Positions 1 through 13,204 of a DNA stretch of 60,103 nucleotides are shown piece by piece. Within the stretch, counting starts at the first letter, position 1, and every line of letters begins with the position of its first letter. A program made the translations under genes and the position numbers. This DNA is from Octopus bimaculoides (taxonomy: Eukaryota). The DNA lies in contig NC_068981.1 of the NCBI RefSeq assembly GCF_001194135.2, forward strand, positions 84,388,346-84,448,448, in the 5' to 3' direction. Below the pieces are notes generated by a model that saw nothing but the letters and a program-made list of their open reading frames with translations, was not told the DNA's origin and searched no databases.

Positions 1-51
<51 letters not shown>

Positions 52-60
52 TACATATAC
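1..60. repeat. (TA)n microsatellite
   Basis: Pure AT dinucleotide run grading into TACA units. Confidence 0.95.
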
Positions 61-969
61 ACACATAGATATATACACACATTCTCATACATACTGGCGT
101 GTATCCGTTTGCATGTTCATACATACGTACACACATGCACACACATACGTCCATACATATACATATACATACATCAGGTCTCAGCTTTGCAATTTCAATT
201 CTTCAGATTTGTATCGGCACTGTAGATATCTGTAATTATTTTAGTGTTGTGTTGGCTAATGCATACGGGTATATGTGATTATGTATGAGTACGTGTATAG
301 ATATTTTATATAAGTATGGATTTTACAACAAAAATAGCTAATCTTCAGCGTTCTTCTATTAAATATTCTGTAAAACTTATGGCTAGGTTGGATCTTCTCA
401 GAGAATCCACTATTCCTTAATGCATTGTTGAAATAGGGTGCAATATTCGTCTACCTACATTACTGACTAGGTTCCTAAGAATAACTGGTGGATGATTAGA
501 TTCTTTGTTAATATAAGATAGCTTTTCATTAGGCTTACAGGGCTACACAATCCAACCCCACCTTCCCTATCCATCCCATCCTAACCCCTCCCCAGTAGAA
601 AAGAATATAAATGATATTTATTCGGATTTTTGCAACAATATGCTCAAGGATATTAGAGAATGTTGTCACTATTGTTGCTTGGGTTCCTTGAGTACACTTT
701 TTTCCCCTTTGACAATCAAACCAGCTGAAAAAATGAATTATACTCCGGAAAACTTAGTCAGGTATGCAATTATTAATACGCATTTAATACAACACATTCC
801 TATTGTAGTGTTTATGGCTCATCCAGTCTACATATACACACACAAGCAATTGTATGATGATGATGATGATTATGGCGATGATGATGAGCTCACCAAATCT
901 GGTCGACGGATGACCATTTAGTTGTTTGTCGAATTAAACATCTTAGCTCGTTGAACCATCATGGAATTG

Positions 970-1195
970 GTTTAACATTCCACAGACTTGTACGTGTAAA
1001 CTTTATATCTGTATTCAATTACAATCAGTGTGACACATTGTGACAAGGCCCAACGCCCATCGCTCTTATTTAATCTCTTTTGATTCATAAGCTATAGTAA
1101 AAAAAAACATTCGCCCAAATTCACGTTGTGTGTTCTCGAAACCGGGACAATATACATGATTGCAAACCAAAGGTTCTTAATGATTTCGCCATACT
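970..1195 (-). mobile_element. Highly degenerate SINE fragment, family A-like tail
   Basis: cattccacagac...cagtgtgacacattgtgacaaggc resembles the body of the family A copies at 2293-2667 and 57043-57426. Remnant tRNA-like head near 1140-1195. Confidence 0.35.
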
Positions 1196-1339
1196 TGTGG
1201 GCGTGTATGTATATGTGTGTGAGAGAGAGAGAGAATGAGAGAGGGAAAGAGAGAGCAAGAGAGAGAGCATAATTCTATTTTGGAACAATGTGTGAGGATA
1301 GTTCTATTTACGCTGCATGTATGTTTGTATATATAACGC

Positions 1340-1681
1340 CAGCCATCAGACTGCAGTCATGTAGAATAACCGCCTTGAAGAGTTTTAATTGAACAAATCG
1401 ACGCAAGTTTGGCATTCATTGTATCAATATCTTTTGCCGAACCGCTATGCAACGAGACCGTAAAGAAACCAGCACTGGTTGTCAAGCGGGAGGGAGAAAC
1501 ACAAGTACCAAGACACACATATACGACTGGCTTCCATGCAGTTTCATTCTATCAAATTTAACTACAAGGCGTCAATCGGTTCGATACTGATAGAAGACAC
1601 TTGTCCAAGAAACGATGCAGTTGGACTGAGCTCGAAGCCATGTAGTGGCAAAGGAAACTTCTTAACCACACAGCCAGGCCT
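1340..1681 (-). mobile_element. tRNA-derived SINE family B, old copy
   Basis: Reverse complement reads ggctgtgtggttaagaag...tcagtccaactgc...cttggacaagtgtcttct, matching the head of 27722-28308. Body motif ttttgccgaaccgcta is present. Confidence 0.8.
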
Positions 1682-1717
1682 ATGCCTTTTCACAGCCAAT
1701 ATAAATGATATATATAT

Positions 1718-2092
1718 GAGGAGGCACAATTGCCCAGTGGTTAGGGCAGCGGGCTCGCGGTCATAGGATAGCAGTTTCGATTCCCAGACCGGGCGTTGTG
1801 AGTGTATATTGAGCGAAAACACCTAAAAGCTCCACGAGGCTCCGGCAGAGGATTGTGGCGAACCCTGCTGTACTCTTCCACCACAACTTTCTCTCACTCT
1901 TACTTCCTGTTTCTGTTGTACCTGTAATTGAAAGGGTCAGCCTTGTCACGCTGAATATCCCCGAGAACTACGTTAAGGGTACATGTGTCTGTGGAGTGCT
2001 TAGTAAATTGCACGTTAATTTGATGAGGAGGCTGTTGGGTTGATCGGATCAACTGGAACCCTCGACGTCGTATGCGACAGAGTGCCAACAAC
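1718..2092 (+). mobile_element. tRNA-derived SINE family A, full length
   Basis: A box (tgcccagtggttagg), B box (gtttcgattccc) and (CAA)n tail. Flanked by the probable target-site duplication ataaatgatat at 1701-1711 and 2093-2103. Two further copies occur in the window. Confidence 0.9.
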
Positions 2093-2292
2093 ATAAATGA
2101 TATGTACCTGGATTTTTGCAACTACATATTGTATTTTATAAAATCACAACCTTAAATATAAGTTTTAATGTGTAAATAGCAGATAGTTCGTATCAGAGAC
2201 TGCAAAGAAGGACACACAAAATTTTTTTATATGTACTGTGTATCACGGCAGTTTGATGAAGCTGAGTCCGTAACGATTCTGCCAGCTCGTAA

Positions 2293-2667
2293 TGTTGTTG
2301 TTGGCACTCCGTCGCTTACGCCGTCGAGGGTTCATGTTGATCCGACCAACGAAACAGCCTGCTCGTGAAATTAACGTGCAAGTGGCTGAGCACTCCACAG
2401 ACACGTGTACCCTTAACGTAGTTCTCGGGGATATTCAGCGTAACACAGTGTGACAAGGGTGACTCTTTCAATTACAGGTACAACAGAAACAGGAAGTAAG
2501 AGTGAGAGAAAGTTGTGGTGAAAGAGTACAGCAGGGTTCGCCACCATCCCCTGCCGGAGCCTTGTGGAGCTTTAGGGGTTTTCGCTCAATAAACACTCAC
2601 AACGCCCGGTCTGGGAATCGAAACCGCGATCCTATGACCGCGAGTCCGCTGCCCTAACCACTGGGCC
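2293..2667 (-). mobile_element. tRNA-derived SINE family A
   Basis: Near-identical to 57043-57426 and inverted relative to 1718-2092. The 5' end runs into a short N gap. Confidence 0.9.
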
Positions 2668-2677
2668 NNNNNNNNNN

Positions 2678-2741
<64 letters not shown>

Positions 2742-3380
2742 CTCTACTTCTTCTATTCCTATATAAAACGCACATTGCAACGATGTTTAATCGTATATGA
2801 GCTCCAGTGTATTGAAAGACAAACTGTATGTTACGTTTATACATAGAATATATATAAAAATGAAAAAATAATTGTTTATATTTGTAAATGATAGATGTGT
2901 AAATATTTGTCTTTGTATGGGGGGTGTAGAAGTGTATGTTAGTATGTGGTATATATGTTGGGTAACAGATATAAATGTTGCTATTTATGTCTGAGCATAT
3001 TCAAACCAATATCGATGATGAAAACATAAAAACATATACATAATAAAGTCATTTAATAATTAGTGAGCCAATATATAAGTCTCCGATAGCCTCAAAAACT
3101 TACGCTATCCAAGTAAAAACATGATAGATCACGTTCTGGTAATCAGCTAGAGACCTAAAATGAGGTTATGCGTTCTAAATAAAATATGAATTATCTTTCT
3201 TTCATGTGTTATTGATAATCGAAATATACCAGCTTATTCCACAAAAAATATGAAGACAAAACTAATATAGGTTATCTACAAACTGCAATGGGTTCAGTCT
3301 TTCATTCACTTACTCTCCCTTTTCTCCTTCTCTTTCTTTCTCGCTCTCTCCCCCCTCTTTTTATCTATATATATAGAGAG

Positions 3381-3429
<49 letters not shown>

Positions 3430-5212
3430 TAATGCCTTATCATAAATTCCAACGAACATTATTTTTTACTTGAGTTACTACTTAGATCTTTTATAGCGAT
3501 TTTAGAACTAGCTTGTTGAAACAGAAATTCATTTTTGTTTATTTATTATTAATACATTGTTATAAAGATAATCTTCATTTTCTTTATGATTAACTTTATG
3601 AAATTTGCATTTACTTAAGTGAAACTTAGATTCAGCTAACAATAAAATGAACTGACAAATAGCTAACTAACTGAAAATTAAAACTTTATGTGTAAAGTAA
3701 AATAATTTTGCCAAAAATAAAACAAAGAAAATATTTGGTTACTTAAACAGGCTTAAATTTTACTATAGTCAAACATTTAATTTACTTAACTACTTTCTTT
3801 ACATTTGTGAAAAAAAATAACTACTAATGTTACCAGCAGTCATTACTTTATTTTCAAATATTAAAATACTTTTAAAATTTATTTACAGTGAAGGTTAGCA
3901 ATAGTAAAATAATTTGGATGAAATATAGTTGATCAGTATTGAATGGCTTGGCTTATTTGAATATTTTATTTAATTGGTAATCCATTCAAATTTTATTTTA
4001 GCTGTGAAATTTTAAGTTCTTTTCTTTTATTTTAGGTTTACCCATTGACCTGTATTTTTTTAGATTTATTAAATACTTAAGAATATTGTTATCCATTGCT
4101 CGCATTTTCATTCTAGTCCACTTTTTTTTACAGGTGATGCAGAAAAATTAATAATTTTTATTCTAATAATAAATTTAGCATACTTCTTCATATGATTTCA
4201 TTTCTTATTGATCAATGTTTAAAACGTATTCATTCTTGTTAGAAATTCTAAATTGAATAGCACTTTCTTTACTTTGAGTATTATGAAATCTGCATATTTA
4301 GAATACATTTTTTAATTAATATTTATCAGAAATAAAATTTTTAAGAAGAGAGCAATAATAAAATATATAAAGCACTAATTATGAGCAATGAGGAATCAAA
4401 TTAATTAGGAGAGGTCGACTAAAAGGCAAAAAACTTATAGACAGGATTTTCTGTTTGCCCTGTATTGACAAGTTGTCATTTACATAGTTGCAAAACACAT
4501 ATTTACAAATGGCAATTACTGAAGGCTTAACATTTTTCTCTTTAATATATTTTTATGGAGATAGCAATAAAAAATACATCTGATGCACATCTTTCATTTG
4601 AATAGAAATAAAATATAGTTTGCTTTTCAAATATCTGAGTTATTTTGAATCAAAATCAATTTACCAATTTTTTTGTCTACTTAGAGCTACATAACATTAT
4701 TATCTAATATCTTTTAACTAGAAGATTCTACTCAACGAGATCTTTTAAAGGGGTATATTTAAAATATAGTTTTTCTTTTAAATAACTGAGAAATTACGAG
4801 TCAAATTAAATATTAGGCGTCACTCTCCAATTTTTGGCCCTACATCATTATCATAACTTTTTTTTTTCTACTGAACCAAGTTTCGATTATTTTGTGTCAA
4901 AATGTAGCTTACTGCTGGTCCATCATAGGGCAAAAACACGTATTTTATGGAACTCGGAGAGGTCAAAATTTAAATTTTCCACAGGAAATTATGAATTTAA
5001 ATCATCAATAAGACCAACTAAGATTTGCATGGTAATTTGTTCGTCACCTTACCGTATCTATAACTATGATTTACTGGATAACGTCTAGTGTGTTTAATTC
5101 TGAATGAACAGATGCATGCACCTCTACGTTAATAATGTTAATATACAGTATGCTCCAAAGTATATTAAGCCAAATATTAGTGATACTGTAACATGCTTTC
5201 AAATTTTAAGAC

Positions 5213-5388
5213 AAGACCAGCAATTTCAGGAGAAGTGTTAAGTCGATTACATCGACTCAAGTATTCAGCTGGTTCTTATTTTATCGACCCCGAAAAGATA
5301 AAAGACGAAATCGACCTCAGAACGTAAAGACGGACGAAATACCGGTAAGCATTTTGCCCGGTGTACTATGATTCTGCCAACTCGCTTC
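5213..5388 (-). mobile_element. SINE family C fragment
   Basis: ttttatcgaccccgaaaag, gtcgattacatcgac and cagaacgtaaagacggacgaaatacc are the reverse complement of the family C core at 48905-49509. Confidence 0.8.
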
Positions 5389-5804
5389 CTTAATGGCACT
5401 GTAATATAAGTGCGCTTATAACGAGTATGTGTGTTATGCATATTTTCAATATGAGGGTTTTTGCTTTTTCTTCTGGGCCTATGACAAATATTCCAACAGA
5501 CTGATACACAAGTTAATGTCCGGAATTCAGTACCTGATATCTGCTATATATGATACATTCGAGTGCATGAATCTCTTCTTCTACTCTGCATCTTTCATAT
5601 AGACACTGCTGTCATAGCTAATTTCATATAAAATATCAATATGATTTAATATGAGATATTGATTAAAAAATACGTGAAGCATATATTACATGTAGTTATT
5701 ACTGAAGTATCTGTTTATATGTTTAACTATTTCAGTTTATATGCCTGTGTACTTGTATGTGTGTGTGTATGTGTATATGTGTGTGCGCGCGCGTAGACAG
5801 AAAG

Positions 5805-5824
5805 ACAGACAGACAGACAGATAA

Positions 5825-5917
<93 letters not shown>

Positions 5918-5920
5918 GCT
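5805..5920. repeat. (GACA)n(GATA)n compound microsatellite
   Basis: Direct reading. Confidence 0.95.
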
Positions 5921-6536
5921 ATATACATACATACGAGTTTAAGGCATATACGTATGCATATATGAGTGTATGTGTGTGTGTGTATCAGTAGTAAAAACCC
6001 AGCACAGAAGACAGAGGTCTTATATGACTAGTAAGTAAAATGCGTAAAAGATATAGACAGTATCAGAATGAAAGAGGTAAGTAGGGACAAACGCAAACGT
6101 TATTTCTTAATTAGTTTTTCAGCGAAGTTTACTGCATTCCTGTTTCGTTATTAACACGTTATACAGTAAATAAATAGAGGCAGCTTTCACTTCACTGTAT
6201 TTGTTGATTATTAAGTAAACAAACAAATGTAGTTACATTGATACACATATCAAATCCCTGGAAGGGTTCTTTGCATGCGCCTGATTTGTACATAAACACA
6301 CAAGTTGAAGAAAGACTGTTCACACTAGAACCTACTAGATAAACAACTACATATAAACATTCATGCTATTTTAACCAAAGTTATCAAAATCTTTCTTTTC
6401 TTTCTAATCTTTCGCATCCCAGTTTGTTAAGATATGTCCACTGATTAACGAACCAGGTGTTAAATACGTCAAACACGTTATGTATAAATAACCGCAAATA
6501 TTTGTACTTTTGTGTATTTCAGAGCTACATCTATTG

Positions 6537-6599
<63 letters not shown>

Positions 6600-6735
6600 N
6601 NNNNNNNNNNNNNNNNNNNNNNNNNNNNNNNNNNNNNNNNNNNNNNNNNNNNNNNNNNNNNNNNNNNNNNNNNNNNNNNNNNNNNNNNNNNNNNNNNNNN
6701 NNNNNNNNNNNNNNNNNNNNNNNNNNNNNNNNNNN

Positions 6736-6785
<50 letters not shown>

Positions 6786-6867
6786 CATGCATATCATATA
6801 CATATATGTGCATGTATACGCATATACGTACATACATACACACATACATATATATATACATACATGC

Positions 6868-7083
6868 ATATGAAAAAGCGACCAAAGGTCCCTTCCCGAG
6901 CCATAGGTTCTGTGGCGCATATTTTCCCCGTGGACAGGACTTATTTTTGCCAGCTAAGTGGACTGGAGCAACGTCAAATGAGATGTTTTTTCTCAAGTGC
7001 ACAACACATCACCCGGTCTAGGAATTGGAAACACGATCTTACGATCAGGAATACAAAGCCTTCAAAATTAAGCCACGCCCCTC
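6868..7083 (-). mobile_element. tRNA-derived SINE family D (CORE-like centre)
   Basis: Reverse complement has a tRNA-like head, then gttgctccagtccacttagctggcaaaaat, similar to the centre of 37246-37565. The CORE-domain assignment is from memory and unverified. Confidence 0.65.
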
Positions 7084-7599
7084 CACACACACACATACAC
7101 ACAACCACCACACACATGCACGAATAACAGCATTTGTTTTAGGCATGACGTTCTGAAAGCATAGCTATATCCTGGTATAATCCCTTTTCATCGCAATTAT
7201 TTTTCAAAATTTTCCATACCAGTTTGTTTCTGACAATAAATTCTGTAAAACCTTCATTAGTGTTCCTAGTGTTTCATTAGTCACTGAATCTAAAATTCTT
7301 GCTGATCATTCGTGGTTTGTTCGCTTGTTCACAAGCTTATTTGTTAGTAATAAAAAGGTTTTATCTTTCATGCTTTTGAAGTATTAATGGTAATTACGTG
7401 TTTGTTGTCTGAGTTCATACTATCGCCCCGTCCTCACAGTAAATATAAAGAATATCAGAATTCCCGCCCAAACTCATGTTTCTAATATCTATCTCCTTGA
7501 TTTCAACATCACTACCCTTAATAGATCTGTAGATTAAGTTGATCACTTTCCCCATCTTCAAAGTTTTCTTTCTAACAAATGTTCTTCTTAAAAGTGTGG

Positions 7600-8300
7600 G
7601 TAATGCAGAATTGGATCAGCCCATTCAGCTGATCTAGAAAACGAGCAAAATGTGTTTTAAGAACTAAGACCTAGCACAAAAAGACAATGATATTGTTTTA
7701 AGTTGCCGTCATCCCAGTATTATTATACGGTTGTGAAATATTGACATTTTCGACCATCAAGAAACTTGAGCATTTCCATCAAAAAGTGCTCTGCGTCATC
7801 CTAAACATTAAATAGTATGACTCCATAACTAATAACGCTGCCATCAAGAAAGCCAGCAGTTGATTCATAAAATCCACCCGCCATTAAACGATTTCTATGA
7901 GGGTCACAATATGTGGTCAGGAGAGCAGAAATATTTTATCATCAAATGTTTTTCAGTGAATTAACTACCGCAAAAAGCAACAGCGAAGGTGTCTCCTCGG
8001 CCGTTACAAATTACAGCTAAAAGTCAACTCACGAAATGTATGGAATTAAAGCAAATGCACGAAACTAAGAATGGAAAAACTACAGCCTAAAACTGTTCCA
8101 AATGGCATCACTTTATCACCACAGGAATCAAAAGAAAAAGAAAAGTTGGAGAAAAAACGTAAAGAACGCAAGATGCAGCAACACTTTGTGTCAAAAATTT
8201 GTTCTCCTTTGTTTTGAGAGAAAATTGGTCTTCAACACCCTCGACCACCCAATGAAGAGGAAATAGGAGTCTTCTATAACAAGAGGCAGCCAATGACGTT
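7600..8300 (+). mobile_element. RTE-clade LINE, decayed 3' fragment
   Basis: Translates with stops and frameshifts to VIPVLLYGCEILT, KKLEHFHQK..ILNIK, FFSEL and LEKKRKERK, typical of the RTE post-RT C-terminus. RTE-like tail ...gaggcagccaatgacg. Confidence 0.8.
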
Positions 8301-9379
8301 ATGATATTTTTGATAATGCGTTCATCTGTTCCATTTTAACTTTGATTCATGTAACAGAATTTACGTGTTGCTTATGTATTTTTAATAGGCCTGATATATG
8401 ATGTATTTGCATCGTTGCATGAGTTATTGCCGTGATCAATGTTATAGTCTTGTAAAGCCTAAATCATGGCCCGAGATATAAAGCCTTCACTAATAAAGTG
8501 TTAAGTTTTGTGTTTGTTTATCTTTAAGTAAATAAAGCAGCCGTATAGGATAACTATCGATAAGCATTTCATTTGGAGTCAGTATCTGATTTCTTCAGAA
8601 ATAGCCAAAGACTTAAATTAAACATAAGTTTACAGTGAAGAATGCATAACATATACAAATTGATAAATCTCATTTACATAAGTACTTTCTAATAGTGCAT
8701 TTATAAATAGTCTTTTTCTCTGGGCAGTTAAAGCGAGTGTTTGATAGCCGATGAAATTCCAGCGCAGTGTTAGAAACAGTCCACCTGATTCTTCTTTTTC
8801 TCTCCACGAAGGTTTTGTACAGATGAAAAAGATGTTTACTCCGGTCTACACATACATACAATACATTGATGTATTCTGTAGAAAGGTATCACATTGAAAA
8901 AATACATTGTTAAAAACACCAGTAATGTATTAAGATATGAACTGTAGATCGCAGGTCAAGACTTTCCGCAAACGATTAATGGTAAATGACAAGGAAACAT
9001 CGTAAAAAGGCCCAATGTACATTAAACAAAGTCGGGTTATTATTTATCAAATATTATTATAGCCTAGTCATGTAACAGAAGACAGGTTCGTTGACTTTGC
9101 TAGTCAGTAATTTCTTGCAATAATACTTATTAATTCCCAATTATAGGTTCCACTATAACGGAAGTTAGATGTTCTACGGGGTAAAGCCAGGGTTATATTT
9201 TACGTCAGAATATGAAGAAAGCATTGCAAGTTGGAGATGCAAACCGTTTAAACTGCCTAATTAGAGATCTATTCGGTTTTAGGTTGTGTGGTATTGATTT
9301 TATGAGTATTTATGAGAAAATTTTATGTAGGAGCCTAAATAGAAATGTGTGTGTATTAATATGAACGATCAAGTAATAC

Positions 9380-10250
9380 AGGACAGTCACAGAAAACAGA
9401 TCGCAGAGAGAAAATTCAAGGGCAAAATATTATCACAAAAAGAAATAGCAGAGGGAAAACGTCAGAGACAGAATAGTTATAGAGAAAAAGAAAACATGAG
9501 AAGTAATCGCAAAACAGCATCACAAAAAAGACGGAGAAATGTGCTATAGAAAGAAAATCATAGAAAAATACATTACAAAAAAAATGTAGCAGAAAATAAA
9601 ACGTCATAGAACGGAAACTTACAGAAAAAAAATTCTTTAAGACGTCACAAGTAGAAATATATATTTTTTAAAAAGCCACAAGAAAAGATGTCACCAGAAG
9701 AAGTCACAGAAAAATGCTACAGAAGGTAAAGTGTAAAAAAAATACAATGTCGCTGGAAGTAAAGTCACAGTAAAAAAGGTCACAAAACAATACAAAAACA
9801 AAAAATACAAAAAAATTTACGGTCGAAATGTAATTATAAATGTAACAAGAAGAAAGTTTTTTTCTTCTTAAAATGCGTCTCAGATAGAACAATCGTAGTA
9901 AAACACGTCACAAAAACGCAAAAAAGAAAACGTCATAGGAACGAAAATAAAAAAAAAGGTTAGGGAATAATGAAACAAGATACAAATATCATTTCATTTA
10001 ATAACGTAAATAATAAGTAATTTAAATAATATTTTGAGGTTGATCATTGAATGAGAATACATAAACTGTAGGCTATGATGCCACAATTTATAAAACGGTA
10101 TTACATGATTATGAAGGAAAATTCAACAACTTAAAGCAATGAAAAACGAACATTAAATCAGTCATTTTTTAAATCTATTATTCCAGTGACTTTATTCCCT
10201 GCAAACATTTTTTCTGCTACTTATTTTCCACTGTGACATTTTCTGTGGAT
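9380..10250. repeat. Degenerate AAAAGTCACAG-type array with an inverted counterpart; foldback-like non-autonomous DNA element
   Basis: Many gtcacagaaa/gtcatag units at 9380-9950, and inverted units (cagtgacttt, ctgtgacattttctgtg) at 10170-10250. Confidence 0.45.
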
Positions 10251-10599
10251 CATACACTAGATCAACCAACAGCTGGCAGCTAAATAGTATACCCATCTAC
10301 TGTATTTTTTGTATTGTTTCATTTTGTTTCTTTGTTTTGCATAGGATAAAAGATATTTAATTATACACAAGTATATATAATAGTAGTTTTCATTTTGACA
10401 AGGTACATCAATCTATCATTATACGCATAATACTATATTGTCATTTCTGTTGCTACGCCTGCCTGTCAAGAAACTATGGTGTATACATATAGCTAACAGT
10501 AATGTTGTATGACATGATTTCGTGTAACCGCGATACTCTAAGCTACGTATAACTGTATATACACATCGCATGCGCACGCACACACTCATGCTCACACTC

Positions 10600-11730
10600 A
10601 AATATTGTATTCTTTGTGATTTCTTTATTATACTACAGCCATAACACAGAGGGGACAGCACAAAGATAGACACAACATCACAGTGGGGACAAAAACATGA
10701 AACGAATGAAAATTGGTAAAATGTACAATGAAATCGATGACGATGAAATGGTTGCATGCGCCCCATTAACATGCAGTACCATTTGAATGTTTTTACTGTC
10801 CGTTTATAGTCTTTTTCTGTATTTTTTCCTGTTAGCATCTTTTTATTCTATTCTTTTTTTCCTTTTCTCCCCCACCTTTTTTAAAACACCATTTACTCCC
10901 TTTTTTAAATCCTTATATATGGCTCTATTTCGCCCAGTTCAACCACTGGCGGTAGTTCATCAAACTCTACCGCGAATCCTGGTGGGTCAATATTGCATTT
11001 TTCTTTCAGCCTGCTATACTTTTCCTGATCAATCAAAATTGCTTTCACATTTTCGCCATATATGGCCCTTGGAAGCCTCACCCTTATAATTGATTTCAGC
11101 TTGGTCATCTTCTTCTCCGTATGTACGTCATACGTTACGAAATACCAACTGTATTTTCTCCGCCTTACTGTTTGTTTACCGAGTTCTGTTCTTGGCGCCA
11201 CTTCTTCCACTTCGGTCATTGTCATTGCTTCTTCTTGTTGCTTTTCTACTTCCTTGGCAAACAAACTTTCTATTATACTTGCTTCTGTCTCTTCCTCCTC
11301 CATAATCTTCTCAACCTCCTCTTCTACCTCTGTCTCCTTTTCAACATCCTTTATAACTTCTTCGTCAATTTCCTTCTCTGTTTCATTTTTTTTCTCTGCC
11401 TCTCCGGCGGAGAGCCCTTCCTCTTTCTGTTTTTTTTACCACTTCAAATACCTCCTCTGTCTCTTTCTCCTTCTCCTGTACCTCATCATTCACTCTCTCT
11501 TGCTCCTCCGACTGTTCCATTTGTTGCTCTTTCTCTTCTCTTTGGGAGACACCTCGCCTTCATGTGGCCCTTCTCACCACACAAGTAACATACGGGAGGC
11601 CTGCCCTCCACCACCACTCTTATTCCCACATCTTCTGGAAGTATAATCTCTTCCGGAATTTTGCTTATATTTGGAACATTCGAATATTGGGCTTAGTAGC
11701 CTCTCGACGGATAACCTCGTTTCCATCAAT
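10600..11730 (-). mobile_element. 5'-truncated L1/Tx1-type ORF1-only relic (CCHC zinc knuckle plus Glu-rich region)
   Basis: IRVVVEGRPPV-CYLCGEKGHMKARC (knuckle at 11549-11590), then with two frameshifts an E/K-rich tract continuing into ORF 10905-11303, a stop, about 300 bp of UTR and a tail ending aataaagaaatc at about 10618. Confidence 0.75.
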
Positions 11731-11783
11731 CCATTTATCTACGTACCTACGTACATAACTACCTACCCACCTAGCTTCCTACA

Positions 11784-11784
<1 letters not shown>

Positions 11785-11828
<44 letters not shown>

Positions 11829-11889
11829 GTGTGTCTCTCTCACCCTCTCGCTCCCACTCTTTCTCAATCCCTCTCTCTCTCTTTCTCTC

Positions 11890-11923
<34 letters not shown>

Positions 11924-12380
11924 AATCTATCTGTCTATATAACTGTTTGTCTGTCCATCGACATATAAACTTTTCTATCTACCCATCTACCTATCTGTTT
12001 GTTTGTCTGTCTGTCTATGTATTTGTCTATCTCTCCATGTGTTTATCTACCTATCTATCTATCTATCTATCCATCTATCTATCTCTGTCTGTCCTCTTGC
12101 TAATTGCCTGATTGGTTTCCTGGCTACCTAGCTGACTGGCTATTTATCTAACTATCTGTCTGACTTTCTGTATATCTGTCTATCTTTCTTTTATCAACAT
12201 ATTAACTTGTCTATCTTTCTATCAATCAATTTTCTTTCTTTCTATTTATGCAGTTAGCTCGCTATCTGTCTATGTGTCTGACAATTTATCTATCTATCTG
12301 TCTATCTATCTATCTATCTATCAATCAATCTATCTATCTATCTATCTGTCTGTCTGAGTGTCTGTCTGTCTATGTATCTA
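11785..12380. repeat. Compound (CTAT)n/(CT)n/(CTGT)n microsatellite field
   Basis: Direct reading. Confidence 0.9.
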
Positions 12381-12611
12381 TTTAAAATAGCTTATTAAAT
12401 ATATGTGGACGGTGAGACTGCTTAAAAAATACAATACAACAGAGATCGATCAAATGGGTACCAACCAGACTTTTAAAATATGCGAACTGAAGTCGATAAG
12501 GTGGACTAAATCTTTGATTAAAGGCGGCGCAGTATAAAAGTGCACTAGTGACTAAATTAAAGGAAAATGTATACAGACAGATAGACAGACACAAAGATAG
12601 ATAGATAGATC

Positions 12612-12672
<61 letters not shown>

Positions 12673-13147
12673 AGAGAGAGAGAGCGACGAATGGACAGAC
12701 AGATGTTTATGAACAGACAGTGCAGGAGGGTGCCTGCGCCACTGTACAATGTAACCACTGAGATTCAGTGAAGAACGTCTTTCTTCCTGAGTTTTTCCTA
12801 CATGTGGCACATTTTGATGTGTTTATACATAATTAGAATAATGTCTTCAGCAGACAGCCCTTTGGTTGTTAGTACGAATGCTCTCAGTTACGGTTTGCTG
12901 CCTATCTGATAATATTCAACACCACAACGCAGCTAATCGCTGTTAAAATCAGCGTGAAACTCATTCCCAAGGAAAGAAGGAAAATTTATATTTTGCTTGT
13001 TATCTTTGTTTGCNNNNNNNNNNTATATAGATATGTACACACACGCATATACATATTTATATACATATATAATCCTATATATTTATAATACACATGTGTA
13101 TGCTATATTTTAAATTTATATATACAAATATATATATATATATATAG

Positions 13148-13204
<57 letters not shown>

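Noticed and set aside
8670-8861. 63-aa minus-strand ORF with protein-like composition
   Set aside because: Short, begins in a TATG repeat, weak splice signals, no recognised motif.
12700-12810. GC-richer island translating to SGYIVQWR (FN3-like) on the minus strand
   Set aside because: No acceptor polypyrimidine tract or donor; a match this short is expected by chance.
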